From the NCBI GenBank assembly GCA_015233165.1, contig JADFYF010000006.1, positions 1 to 52,526 on the forward strand: a stretch of 52,526 nt of DNA, in the 5' to 3' direction. Shown here piece after piece: positions 29,093-39,467 of the stretch. Origin of the DNA: Candidatus Omnitrophota bacterium. Lineage in GTDB: Bacteria > Omnitrophota > Gorgyraeia > Zapsychrales > Fredricksoniimonadaceae. The first letter of the stretch is position 1, and each line of letters starts with the position of its first letter. The notes beneath the pieces were generated by a model. The model had not been told where the DNA came from, did no database searches, and saw nothing but the letters and a program-made list of their open reading frames with translations. The position numbers and the translations under genes were made by a program.

Positions 29093-30934
29093 GTGATTAA
29101 GTTTATTCAACGAGTAACGCGCAGTCAGACTATTTTGCATGTTAAGAAAATCTTCTTTTTCTTAAGAATAAGTAAAGTGAATATGTGGTTTATCCCACTG
29201 TCTGTATTGCTTTCTGTTTGTTACACCCAAATAGCTTTATATGTTGTTTATTTGCTGTTTCCGTTAACCAAGGGGATTATTGCTAATGATTTTACTCATG
29301 TGCGTGATTTAAAGGGAATTGGTCTCATTGTTAAATATAACCCGTCTTTTTTTAACACATCAACAAAGCTTTTTATTCTTTTAGTCGTATGGGTTTATCT
29401 GGCAACTATTGTAAAAAATATCTTTTATTATTTTGCGATGCTTTGTGTTCAGGTTCAGGCGAGAATGGCCACCGTCCGGTTAAGGCAGATGCTGGTAGAG
29501 AAATGTCTAAGTTTTGGAAAGAGTTTTTACGACAAGAATACAGTTTCTTATTTACAGACGGTCTTGACAAAATCCACGGAACTTATTGAATCCAGATTTA
29601 AACTTCTTCAGCAGTTTACTACAGAGGTTTTGTTGATTGCTTCCTATCTTTTCTTGATGTTTCAGATCTCTTGGAAACTTACCTTGATCACAGGTCTTTT
29701 CTTTCCTGTGGTTTCTGTAATAACGCAACAAATTGTTCAGCGTATTCGTAATGCTTCTTTGGAACAGCAGCAGTTGAGTAGAAATCTTAATGAGAAGATT
29801 TTTAATATGCTTTATTGCATGCCGGTTATTAAAAGTTTTTCAAAAGAACAGGAAGAAGTACGGGCTTTTTCTAAAGCTAGTGAGACAGAAATTGAGAGGT
29901 CTTTTAGGGTTCAGAGGTTGACAGGATTAGCATCTCCTGTGGAAGATGTAGGGGCTATGACCGGAAACTTATTTATTGCTCTTGCTATGGCAGCTGTGAT
30001 GCGTATGGATCATGGTTTTAATCCGGCGAGCGCTTTTGTCTTTTTTTATTTAGCGACCAAGACGATTCCCGGACTTAATGCGTTTAATCGTTTTAAGTTG
30101 GGTATGGCGAATTCGGCTTCTTCTTTGGATGATGTTGAGCAAATTCTGACTCATGGAGATAGTTTTATTGTGGCAAGCGGGAAGATGGAATGGGGTGAAT
30201 TTAAAGAGAGTATTGAATTTAAGAATCTTTCTTTTAGCTATACAGATAAATCCGCTGTTGTTTTAGATAGGGTTAGTTTTTCTATTAAGAAAAGATCCAT
30301 CGTCGCTATTGTGGGATCATCTGGTTCGGGTAAAAGTACTCTTATGAATTTGCTGTTAAGATTCTATGACTGTCCTTCAGGGCAAATATTGATTGATGGT
30401 CAGGATATCAGAGATTATAACATTTCTTCCCTTCGCAAGAAAATGGCACTCATCAGTCAGGATGTTCTTTTGTTTAATGATACCATTCGTAATAATATCA
30501 TTTATGGCTCGACCTTAGATGTATCGGATGATTCTTTAAGGAGTCTAACCCGGAGCATACGTGTGCATGATTTTATTGACCAAATGTCTGGTAAGTATGA
30601 AACCCTTGTGGGAGAAAGAGGAACCCGTCTTTCAGGAGGGGAGCGTCAAAGATTAGCGATAGCTCGGGGAATGATTAAGGATTCTGAAATTTTGATTATG
30701 GATGAGGCGACCAGCGCTCTTGACTCAGCCACTGAAGAGGCTATCACAGAGGGTATTTTGTCTTTAGCTAAAGAGAAAACAATGATTATTATTGCCCATC
30801 GATTATCAACGATAAAGAAAGCGGATAAGATTGTTTATCTTGAGAAGGGGCATGTTGTTGAAACAGGAACCTTACAGGAATTGATTGATAAAAAAGGTTT
30901 CTTTTATAAGCAATGGCAGGCACAAAAGATTTAA
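29093..30934 (+). CDS. ABC transporter permease/ATPase (MsbA/PglK-like flippase)
   Basis: TM domain plus GSSGSGKST, LSGGERQR, DEATSALD, IAHRLST. Confidence 0.92.
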   Translation: MIKFIQRVTRSQTILHVKKIFFFLRISKVNMWFIPLSVLLSVCYTQIALYVVYLLFPLTKGIIANDFTHVRDLKGIGLIVKYNPSFFNTSTKLFILLVVWVYLATIVKNIFYYFAMLCVQVQARMATVRLRQMLVEKCLSFGKSFYDKNTVSYLQTVLTKSTELIESRFKLLQQFTTEVLLIASYLFLMFQISWKLTLITGLFFPVVSVITQQIVQRIRNASLEQQQLSRNLNEKIFNMLYCMPVIKSFSKEQEEVRAFSKASETEIERSFRVQRLTGLASPVEDVGAMTGNLFIALAMAAVMRMDHGFNPASAFVFFYLATKTIPGLNAFNRFKLGMANSASSLDDVEQILTHGDSFIVASGKMEWGEFKESIEFKNLSFSYTDKSAVVLDRVSFSIKKRSIVAIVGSSGSGKSTLMNLLLRFYDCPSGQILIDGQDIRDYNISSLRKKMALISQDVLLFNDTIRNNIIYGSTLDVSDDSLRSLTRSIRVHDFIDQMSGKYETLVGERGTRLSGGERQRLAIARGMIKDSEILIMDEATSALDSATEEAITEGILSLAKEKTMIIIAHRLSTIKKADKIVYLEKGHVVETGTLQELIDKKGFFYKQWQAQKI

Positions 30935-30975
30935 AAATCCGTTTAATTAAGATAATTTCAAAACAGGGAAGATCA

Positions 30976-31809
30976 ATGTTTAATTTCTTTAAAAAGAAGC
31001 CGTCTTATTATCTTTCCCTGTGTGTTATTTCCAAGAATCAAGGACCGTATCTTATAGAATGGATTGAGTATCATCGTATGTTAGGGGTAGATCATTTTTA
31101 TTTCTACGATAACAACAGTACAGATAATACCCGATATTTATTAAGTTATTATATGAACAAGAGGATTCTGGATTATGTGTTTTTTTCTCCACATCCTGGC
31201 CAGTTACTAGCCTACATGGATTGTATTAAGAAACATAAAGAAAGTAATCAGTGGATTGGCTTTATTGATATGGATGAGTTTATCGTTCCCATCGCTTCTA
31301 AGAATATTCGGGATTTTCTAAGAAATTATGAAGGTTCTAATGGGCTTGGAATTAATTGGATTAATTATGGCAGTTCAGGATATAAAGAGAAACCTCAGGG
31401 GTTACAATTAGAGACATTTGTCTGCCATAGTAAGCAAGATTTTGGAGTTAATAAGCATATTAAATCTATTGTTGACCCGAACAGGGTTCTAAATGTTTCT
31501 AGCAATCCTCATTATTTTATCTTTAAAGATGACGGATTTGTAAGGGATGAGGACGGTGAGCTGATTGTGTCAGGAGCTTTTTCTAAGGTTAATAAGAGTC
31601 AGAAAATAAGAATTAATCATTACGCTTTAAGGTCAGAGTCGGAATTTAGAGATAAAATGGCTCGTGGTAGAGCAACGATTAAGGCCTCTCATCCCTGGCA
31701 ATTATTTCTTGCGCATGATCGCAATGATATTAAAGATGACATTATGTGCCAATATATTCCTGAATTAAAAAAGAGAATTGGTCTTGTTGAAAAAGAGATA
31801 GAACTTTAA
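30976..31809 (+). CDS. GT92/GT2-like glycosyltransferase
   Basis: KN...YL.EWIEYH...GVDHFY.YDNNS.D, FIDMDEF, INHY. Confidence 0.85.
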   Translation: MFNFFKKKPSYYLSLCVISKNQGPYLIEWIEYHRMLGVDHFYFYDNNSTDNTRYLLSYYMNKRILDYVFFSPHPGQLLAYMDCIKKHKESNQWIGFIDMDEFIVPIASKNIRDFLRNYEGSNGLGINWINYGSSGYKEKPQGLQLETFVCHSKQDFGVNKHIKSIVDPNRVLNVSSNPHYFIFKDDGFVRDEDGELIVSGAFSKVNKSQKIRINHYALRSESEFRDKMARGRATIKASHPWQLFLAHDRNDIKDDIMCQYIPELKKRIGLVEKEIEL

Positions 31810-31819
31810 GAGAAGCTAT

Positions 31820-34093
31820 ATGTTGAGCAAGCTAGTAAAAGAGCTTTTATTTTCTTGGTCAAATTCTTCATGTTCTATTGACTCTATTAATTCTTTTGTC
31901 GTTGTCCAATTGAAGGCAACTCCTATTATATTTAATAATGAAGGAACCCTTGTCCTCAAAGGTTGGGTCTTTGATCGTCAACGGAAGGATACTTTCGATT
32001 CCGTTTATGTATGTGTAGATGGTCAGTCTTTTCAGGCTGTTTATGGCCTCCCTAGACCAGATGTGGCTAAGCGTTTTAATCAAACAGCTTATGAATATTC
32101 AGGGTTTAGATGTGAAATACCTCTGGCAAAATTATCCATGGGGCGTCATACAGTTAAGATCGAAGCCTTATCTAAGAATTCAAAGAGACGATATCGGTTT
32201 AATCAAAAGGTGTCTTTTGATTTGCAAGTCGTCAAATTTAAGATTCGTTATTTATTAACTTTTGATACTTTTCGTTATTTTATATTAATAGCCCTTTATC
32301 CTCGCAGGTTAAAGAGGATATATTTTCTAATCAATGACATAGGGTTTAAACAGTTTTTAATACAATCTCGACGACATTCGTGGAATGTTTATACCTGTGA
32401 TTTGATGTATCAGAATGGGGTTAGGAAGAATCATCAAACGATAGAAGCAAGAAAGCAAAGACAGGAAGTGTTTAGTTGCCGGCCTAAGATTAGTATCGTT
32501 GTTCCTACCTTTAATACTCCTAAGAGAATGCTTATGGATATGATGTCTTCAGTGATGAGTCAGACCTATTCTCATTGGGAATTATGTATCGCTGATGGGT
32601 CTGATAAAGATCATACCTATGTTAGGGATGTTTTACAGCAATTCGCCAATAAAGATAAAAGAATTAAGCTTACGTTCTTGGAATCAAACAAAGGTATTGC
32701 CAAGAATTCTAATGAGGCGATTTCGTTAGCTTCAGGAGGTTTTGTAGCTTTTCTGGATCATGATGACGTTCTTTCGCCTGAGGCATTGTTTCATATCGTA
32801 GATGTGATTAATAAGGAGTCGGATGTTGATTTTATCTATTCCGATGAAGACCATATTTCAGAAGATGGAAAGATGAGATTGCTTCCATTTTTTAAGCCTG
32901 ATTTTTCTCCCGATTTGTTACGTAGTCATAATTATATTACCCATTTTCTTGTTTTAAAAATAAGTCTTGGGCAGAGTTGTGGTTGGTTTAGAGATGGGTT
33001 TGATGGGGCCCAGGATTATGATTTGGTTTTAAGAGCCTCCGAGAAAGCCGCTAAGATTGTTCATATACCTAAGATTCTTTACCATTGGAGAGATCACTCT
33101 AATTCCACTTCAAAGAATTTAAAATCCAAGCCCTATGCTCATCAGGCGGGTGAGAAAGCTTTACAGGAACATTTAGAACGCGTGGGTTTAAAGGCAAAGG
33201 TGGAGAATTCTGGTTATCCATTTCGTTATAGAACAAGATATTCTTTATCTAAGGAACCCTTGGTTTCTATTATTATTCCTAACAAAGATGAAGGGGCAAC
33301 CTTAAAGAAGTGTATTCATTCTATTGTCGAGACATCGACATATAAAAACATTGAAATCCTGATTGTCGAGAATGGGAGTTCTCAGAAGAGTACATTTGAA
33401 CTCTATAGCTCTTTGCAGATGAACAAGAAGATACGGGTTATCGAGTGGAATTATCCTTTTAATTTCTCAGGATTAAATAATTTTGCTGTGAATAAAGCTA
33501 GGGGAGAAGTTATTCTTCTTTTGAATAATGATACCGAAGCTATTAATCCTGATTGGATTGAGAATATGCTGGAGTATGCGCTTAGACCCGATGTTGGAGC
33601 AGTGGGGGCTAAATTATATTATCCTGATGGTACCATTCAACATGGGGGGGTGATCATTGGTTTGGGCGGATTAGCAGGACATTCCCATAAGAACTTTTCT
33701 AAAGATGAAGGTGGTTATTATGGAAGATTAGAAATTGTGCAAAATCTGAGCGCAGTCACAGCGGCGTGTTTGATGATGAGAAAGAGTATTTTTATAGAAG
33801 TTGGTGGTTTTGATGAAACTCTTGCCGTAGCCTTTAATGATGTTGACCTTTGTTTGAATATGCGCAATAAAGGTTATCTGATTGTTTGGACTCCTTATGC
33901 CAAGTTGTATCATTTTGAGTCCAAAACCAGAGGGTATGAGGACACTTTAGAGAAAATGGAAAGGTTTGAAAAAGAAAAGCACATTATTATGAATAGATGG
34001 AGTGAGATTTTACTCAAAGGGGATCCGTATTACAATCCTAATTTGACGCTGGATAGAGAAGATTTTAGTTTTAAAAATTGGGGAGTGTATTAA
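31820..34093 (+). CDS. Dual-domain GT2 glycosyltransferase with N-terminal beta-rich domain
   Basis: Two GT2 domains (ADGS/LDHDD/GAQDYD; LLNNDT/AVTAAC/NDVDLC); N-terminal GWVFD...RPDV...SGF. Confidence 0.9.
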   Translation: MLSKLVKELLFSWSNSSCSIDSINSFVVVQLKATPIIFNNEGTLVLKGWVFDRQRKDTFDSVYVCVDGQSFQAVYGLPRPDVAKRFNQTAYEYSGFRCEIPLAKLSMGRHTVKIEALSKNSKRRYRFNQKVSFDLQVVKFKIRYLLTFDTFRYFILIALYPRRLKRIYFLINDIGFKQFLIQSRRHSWNVYTCDLMYQNGVRKNHQTIEARKQRQEVFSCRPKISIVVPTFNTPKRMLMDMMSSVMSQTYSHWELCIADGSDKDHTYVRDVLQQFANKDKRIKLTFLESNKGIAKNSNEAISLASGGFVAFLDHDDVLSPEALFHIVDVINKESDVDFIYSDEDHISEDGKMRLLPFFKPDFSPDLLRSHNYITHFLVLKISLGQSCGWFRDGFDGAQDYDLVLRASEKAAKIVHIPKILYHWRDHSNSTSKNLKSKPYAHQAGEKALQEHLERVGLKAKVENSGYPFRYRTRYSLSKEPLVSIIIPNKDEGATLKKCIHSIVETSTYKNIEILIVENGSSQKSTFELYSSLQMNKKIRVIEWNYPFNFSGLNNFAVNKARGEVILLLNNDTEAINPDWIENMLEYALRPDVGAVGAKLYYPDGTIQHGGVIIGLGGLAGHSHKNFSKDEGGYYGRLEIVQNLSAVTAACLMMRKSIFIEVGGFDETLAVAFNDVDLCLNMRNKGYLIVWTPYAKLYHFESKTRGYEDTLEKMERFEKEKHIIMNRWSEILLKGDPYYNPNLTLDREDFSFKNWGVY

Positions 34094-34098
34094 TCATC

Positions 34099-34965
34099 AT
34101 GACTACAATGGATTCTAAATGGTTGATAAATAATAATTCGATAGAAGATGAAATCCGATTATTTTGGTTTTCCTCTCGTATGAATTTCGGAGATCTTTTA
34201 TCTCCTTTAATTGTCAGCGTTTTAAGTGGCAAGAAGGTTCATGAGGTTATTCCAATGAGTGATTCGCGGCCATGTCTTTTGGCTCTAGGAAGCATATTTC
34301 AGTTTGCACGAAATGGGGATATGATTTGGGGAACTGGATTTAGAGATGATTATCCTGTTATGGCTAGACAGTTAGATATAAAGGCGATTCGAGGCCCCTT
34401 AACAAGAAAGAGTCTTATAAAATTGGGAATAGAATGTCCTGAGATTTATGGTGATCCTGCGATATTACTGCCCTATTTATTTAGGCCTTTAGTTGTCAAA
34501 GAAAGGTTTCGAGTCGGTATCGTAAAGCATTATTCAGATAAGACTAGTTTTGAGAAATTTAAGAATCAGGATCTTATAGAGATTAATGTTCAACAGGATG
34601 CTCTAAAGGTTGTTCAGGAGATTTGTAGTTGTGAAGTTATTTTATCCAGTAGCCTGCATGGTCTTATTATCGCAGAGAGTTATCATATTCCTGCTTGTTG
34701 GTTAGGGCCGAAGAATGATTTGTGGAGTAAGCCGGAGCCTGGTATGAAATATCATGATTATTATTTATCTACATTAAGAGATCCTGAGGTTTATAATTAC
34801 TCTCAGGATAGTTTGGATATAGACATGGCGATCAAGGTGGCCCTCGATAGTAAGAAACCTGCTTTTGACTGCAATCCATTATTGATGAGTTTTCCTTTTC
34901 TTCGTTCTGAAATAACCTCTATAAAGGATCTTCATACGTTTGCTATCGGTGAGAATGCCATTTAA
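34099..34965 (+). CDS. Polysaccharide pyruvyltransferase family protein
   Basis: NFGD, GSI, WGTG, RGPLTR, GDPA.L, SSSLHGLI.AE.Y. Confidence 0.88.
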   Translation: MTTMDSKWLINNNSIEDEIRLFWFSSRMNFGDLLSPLIVSVLSGKKVHEVIPMSDSRPCLLALGSIFQFARNGDMIWGTGFRDDYPVMARQLDIKAIRGPLTRKSLIKLGIECPEIYGDPAILLPYLFRPLVVKERFRVGIVKHYSDKTSFEKFKNQDLIEINVQQDALKVVQEICSCEVILSSSLHGLIIAESYHIPACWLGPKNDLWSKPEPGMKYHDYYLSTLRDPEVYNYSQDSLDIDMAIKVALDSKKPAFDCNPLLMSFPFLRSEITSIKDLHTFAIGENAI

Positions 34966-35107
34966 TATTTTCATACTTTCATAAGTTCTTTATTGATTTT
35001 TAAATTTCTAAAGTATAATAAAAGACATTATTCATTCCAGAACATAAATAAAATCAAATAGTTAGAGATTTTAAATAATTAACCTTTCTTTCTGTGATAA
35101 GGATCTC

Positions 35108-36445
35108 ATGAAAAATCGAGCAAATTTAGAATCAGTCATGGTTGAAGATTGTCCTTCCGAAACTGAAGAATTATTGTCTCAAATTGAGGCCACTCAGATT
35201 AATGAGATTCTTAACTTGGAAAAGATAAATGATGTAAAACCCATCCTTCCTAAAATTGAACAACAGAACAAGCCTAACCCTATGCGCATCGCTATTCTTT
35301 CTTGGGAATCTCTTCATTCGATAAGTATTGGAGGAATTGCCGTCCATGTGACCGAACTTGCTTCTGCGCTTGAGCGTAAAGGTCAAGAGGTTCATGTCTT
35401 TACTCGTATGGGGCGCCATGATCATGCTCAATATGAACTTATTCATGGGGTACACTATCATCGAGTGCCTTATCCTGGACATTCAGACTTCATTGAAGAT
35501 GTCAACAGTATGTGTCGGTCATTTGTAACAACGGTGTTTCAGGTGGAAGATTATATGGGGGCTCATTTTGATATTGTTCATGCGCATGACTGGTTGACAT
35601 CTAATGCGATGGTTTGGGTTAAGCAGGGACGGGGCAGGAAAGGTATATTAACAATACATGCTACAGAATATGGTCGATGCGGTAATAATTTTTATGGTGG
35701 CCCTTCAGCTCGGATACGGGATCATGAGCGCCACGCCACGTATTGTGCAGATAGAGTTATTTCTGTATCTAACACTCTTAAGGGTGAGATTATGTGGATG
35801 TATAATGTCCCTGATTGGAAGGTTCACAGTATTTATAACGGGGTTAATTGCAGGCATTTTGATGGGTTTATTGACCCGGGTGAGGTTAAGAGAAGATATG
35901 GTATAGGGCCGCTTGACCCGATGGTTTTATTCGCAGGCAGGATGACTCAGCAGAAGGGGCCTGATTTGTTAATTGAAGCTGTTCCGTCAATTCTCCATCA
36001 TTATCATAATGCTAAATTTGTTTTTGCTGGAGATGGAAATTTGCGAGGCGCTGTTGAAAATCGGGCACGACAACTTGGAGTCAGTCATGCGACGCGGTTT
36101 TTAGGGCATCAGAATGCCTGGAGCCTGATTGATCTTTTTAAGTCCTGTCAATGTGTTTGTGTTCCTAGCCGAAATGAGCCTTTTGGTATTGTTATTCTTG
36201 AAGCCTGGAGTGCTGGTAAACCTGTTGTCGCCAGTGAAATTGGTGGCCCTTCTGAGTTTGTCTGGCATGATGTGACAGGATATAAAGTCCGTCCAGAAGT
36301 CAATTCTATTGCCTGGGGACTTGGAACGTTGTTTGCTAATCTTGAGCATGCCAACTGGATGGGAAAAAATGGGAGATTTAGTGTAGAAAAAGATTTCTCA
36401 TGGGACGTCATTGCAGACCAAACATTAGGCGTATATAGAAGCTGA
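35108..36445 (+). CDS. GT4 glycosyltransferase with acidic N-terminal extension (alternative start 35282)
   Basis: MRIA.LSWE...GG, HAHDW, GR...QKG.D, PSRNEPFGIV.LEAW. Confidence 0.9.
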   Translation: MKNRANLESVMVEDCPSETEELLSQIEATQINEILNLEKINDVKPILPKIEQQNKPNPMRIAILSWESLHSISIGGIAVHVTELASALERKGQEVHVFTRMGRHDHAQYELIHGVHYHRVPYPGHSDFIEDVNSMCRSFVTTVFQVEDYMGAHFDIVHAHDWLTSNAMVWVKQGRGRKGILTIHATEYGRCGNNFYGGPSARIRDHERHATYCADRVISVSNTLKGEIMWMYNVPDWKVHSIYNGVNCRHFDGFIDPGEVKRRYGIGPLDPMVLFAGRMTQQKGPDLLIEAVPSILHHYHNAKFVFAGDGNLRGAVENRARQLGVSHATRFLGHQNAWSLIDLFKSCQCVCVPSRNEPFGIVILEAWSAGKPVVASEIGGPSEFVWHDVTGYKVRPEVNSIAWGLGTLFANLEHANWMGKNGRFSVEKDFSWDVIADQTLGVYRS

Positions 36446-36530
36446 TGTGTCATTTTGTTATATAGTATAATCCCACCTAAAGTAGATTATCCTTTCTTAG
36501 ATAGTTTTAAATATAGTTATCATTCGAGGA

Positions 36531-37496
36531 TTGTTCTTGAAAAAAATTGATATATTGCTTTCCACATATAACGGGGCTCAGTATATCAGAGAGCTTTTAG
36601 ATTCCGTTTTTTGTCAAACCAATGAGGATTGGTCTTTGATTATTCGGGATGATGGTTCTTTCGATACAACGGTTGATATTATTAGGGAATATATTCAGAA
36701 ATATCCTGGTAAAGTTGTCTTAATAACAGACGATCTTGGTCGTCTTGGGCCAAAACTCAGTTTTGGTCAATTGCTGAAATTGTCACAAGCTCCCTATCTC
36801 ATGTTTTGTGATCAGGATGATATCTGGAGGGCAGATAAGATTGAGATTTCGTTGCATAAGATCCTCGCTCTTGAGGATAAGTTCTCTGCACAGATGCCCT
36901 TGCTTATTTTTATGAATAGTATGCTCGTGGATGATCGGGGGAGGATTCTTGTTGAAGATGCCTGGAAATATATGGGCATTACTCCTGAGATTGGGCAGCG
37001 GTTTCGAAATATTATTTTGCGAAATATTTTCATCGGACATACTATGATGATGAATCGATCCCTGGTTGCTCTTGCGTTGCCTATTCCTGAAGAATCTATT
37101 ATGCATGATTGGTGGGTCGGTCTAACAGCGTCGGCGTTTGGCAGAACAGATTATATTTCAGAGCCGCGGGTGTTATACCGTCAGCATCAAAATAATTTTC
37201 TTGGTTTTAATAAAATGAGCTTAATTGATTTTATTCTTAAACATCAATCGCCTTTTCGGGAGTATGTTGAATTTCAGCAGAGAATGTTGAATCAAAGCAG
37301 ATATTTCTGTTTAAGGTTTAAGGATTTATTGACAAACCATAAGGGGAATCTGAACTTTTCTGATGATATTGAAGATGTCTGCAAGTTTGTATCGTTGAAA
37401 GAAATGCCGTATATGCAACGAAAGTTGTTTCTATTGAATTTCTATAAAGATTTCCCTTATCGAGATAAGGCTCTGATCGATATCCTCTGGTATTAA
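36531..37496 (+). CDS. GT2 glycosyltransferase (RgpB-like rhamnosyltransferase)
   Basis: ILLSTYNG, RDDGS.D, FCDQDDIW, MHDWW, YRQH.NN. Confidence 0.88.
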   Translation: MFLKKIDILLSTYNGAQYIRELLDSVFCQTNEDWSLIIRDDGSFDTTVDIIREYIQKYPGKVVLITDDLGRLGPKLSFGQLLKLSQAPYLMFCDQDDIWRADKIEISLHKILALEDKFSAQMPLLIFMNSMLVDDRGRILVEDAWKYMGITPEIGQRFRNIILRNIFIGHTMMMNRSLVALALPIPEESIMHDWWVGLTASAFGRTDYISEPRVLYRQHQNNFLGFNKMSLIDFILKHQSPFREYVEFQQRMLNQSRYFCLRFKDLLTNHKGNLNFSDDIEDVCKFVSLKEMPYMQRKLFLLNFYKDFPYRDKALIDILWY

Positions 37497-37502
37497 CAAT
37501 TC

Positions 37503-39467
37503 ATGATCTATTCTTTTGACATTTTTGATACAACATTAACCCGTATTGTATCGAGTCCCCGCGACATTTTTCTTTTAATTCAGCAAGAACTCAATGGGGC
37601 CACTGATTTCTTTTCATGTTCACTTAAGAGGGATTTCTTTAAGATGAGATTAAGGGCAGAGTGGATGGCCAGAATTTATAAGAAGACAGAAGATGTGACG
37701 CTCGATGAGATTTATTTGGCCTTTGCAAAACTGTATTCTACAGAGGCTGCTACAATTGAGTTCTTAAAAGAGACGGAGCTTAGGGTGGAAAAGCTGTCCT
37801 GCCGTCCTATAGCAGAAACAATAGAACAGATTAATGCTGTCCGTTTAAAGGGTGCAAGGATAATTTTCTCCAGTGATATGTATTTGCCCAAGGATTGTAT
37901 TTGCCAGATGCTTAAACAGGTGGGGGCTTACCAATCTGGCGACGGGATTTATTTGTCAGGGGAGACAGGATACACGAAACGTTCCGGAAATCTTTTTCGT
38001 CATATTTTCAAAAATGAGTCGTGTCTTCCTCAGGAAATATCTCATCTGGGGGATAATGTGTATTCGGATATTTTTATTCCATCGATGTTGGGTGTTTCAG
38101 TTTTGAGATGTCATTTTCCATTAAGTCGACATGAGAAGAATCTTAGACAATTTACCAGAAAGGCAAAGTTGTTACCCTCTTTGATAGCAGGTATTTCCAG
38201 AACGACTCGTTTATCGTCACTTCATCAAGATTCTCATAAACAGACCATTGGGGATGTGTCTTGCAGCGTTATAGGGCCGACTCTTTTATTTTATGTCTGG
38301 TGGATTCTTGAAACGGCTAAGATAAAAGGTCTTCATCGTCTTTATTTTCTGTCCCGTGACGGAGAGGTGTTGTTTAAGATTGCATCGATTATTAATTCTC
38401 AGAGGGGTTATAATCTTGATTTACGTTATCTTCATGCATCGCGTGAAGCCTGGTGTTGGCCTGCGGTCAATGACATAGGAAATTTTGAGTTGTCATGGAT
38501 GCTGGATTTGGATGATAATCTGGGATGGACGGTGGAGTCTATATCCAAACGTTTAGATGTGAGTCCTCATCTTTTACTGGAGTTGCTCAATAGAGGGAGT
38601 CTCAATATTAATTCTGTTTATACTTCTTTAAACTTTTCTGAGATTGAGCATATCAGAAAGCTTTTTTGTACAAAAGAATTCCAGCAGTTAATACAGCCGC
38701 GTATTGATGCTTCTTATCGGGATACGGTCGCCTATTTGCGTCAGGAGGGTGTTTTTGATGGTGTCAGTTTCGCTTTGGTTGATATAGGCTGGCATGGAAG
38801 TCTTCAATATGCCTTAAGTAAGATAATGGATAAAGAGGGTGGACGTCCTGATGGCGGGCTTCTTGGTTTTTATTTTGGTTTGGATCAGAAGAGGACTCAT
38901 CAATATAAGAATGATCAATCTCTGTCTTTCTTTATCAATTCAAATAGAGAGTATTTAAAAGAAGATATTCTTTTTGAAGTTTTTGTGGCAGCGGTGTCTT
39001 ATCGGACAAAAGGGTATGTATTGACTAATGGAAAATACTATCATCAATTAGATGAGAAAGAATTAATTTCTGATTCCTGGGATGTTCAGCTTCAGCAGGA
39101 TTGCATTGTAGATTTTGTCAGTTCGTTTTTATCAGCGTATCCTACGAATTGTTGGGATATTGAAGAAGTTTATTCTGTCCTTGAGAGAATATTGAGATCT
39201 TTTATTTTTTCGCCTTCTCTTAAAGAAGCACAAATTTATGGAGATTTTTGTTTGAATGTAAGATTCTCTGAAGGGGCTTTATCAAAAGTTGCTCCTGCTT
39301 TGGATCTGTCCTCTTTAAAGTTACCAAGAACTTATTGGGTGCCCGGAACCTTGGTTCGTTCCAGAATGGCATTTCTGCTGCTTCTATGGCAAGGAGTGGT
39401 TTGTAATTCTAGACTAAGAAAGTTGTGCCGAGAGCTTTATCTGCGTCTGCAAAATAGCAAGAGTTAA
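37503..39467 (+). CDS. HAD phosphatase fused to a PRT-like domain; putative PRPP-dependent ribofuranosyltransferase
   Basis: SFDIFDT, SDMYL, K..G.LF, HLGDN..SD; then FLSRDG and [10 protein letters not shown]. Confidence 0.65.
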   Translation: MIYSFDIFDTTLTRIVSSPRDIFLLIQQELNGATDFFSCSLKRDFFKMRLRAEWMARIYKKTEDVTLDEIYLAFAKLYSTEAATIEFLKETELRVEKLSCRPIAETIEQINAVRLKGARIIFSSDMYLPKDCICQMLKQVGAYQSGDGIYLSGETGYTKRSGNLFRHIFKNESCLPQEISHLGDNVYSDIFIPSMLGVSVLRCHFPLSRHEKNLRQFTRKAKLLPSLIAGISRTTRLSSLHQDSHKQTIGDVSCSVIGPTLLFYVWWILETAKIKGLHRLYFLSRDGEVLFKIASIINSQRGYNLDLRYLHASREAWCWPAVNDIGNFELSWMLDLDDNLGWTVESISKRLDVSPHLLLELLNRGSLNINSVYTSLNFSEIEHIRKLFCTKEFQQLIQPRIDASYRDTVAYLRQEGVFDGVSFALVDIGWHGSLQYALSKIMDKEGGRPDGGLLGFYFGLDQKRTHQYKNDQSLSFFINSNREYLKEDILFEVFVAAVSYRTKGYVLTNGKYYHQLDEKELISDSWDVQLQQDCIVDFVSSFLSAYPTNCWDIEEVYSVLERILRSFIFSPSLKEAQIYGDFCLNVRFSEGALSKVAPALDLSSLKLPRTYWVPGTLVRSRMAFLLLLWQGVVCNSRLRKLCRELYLRLQNSKS

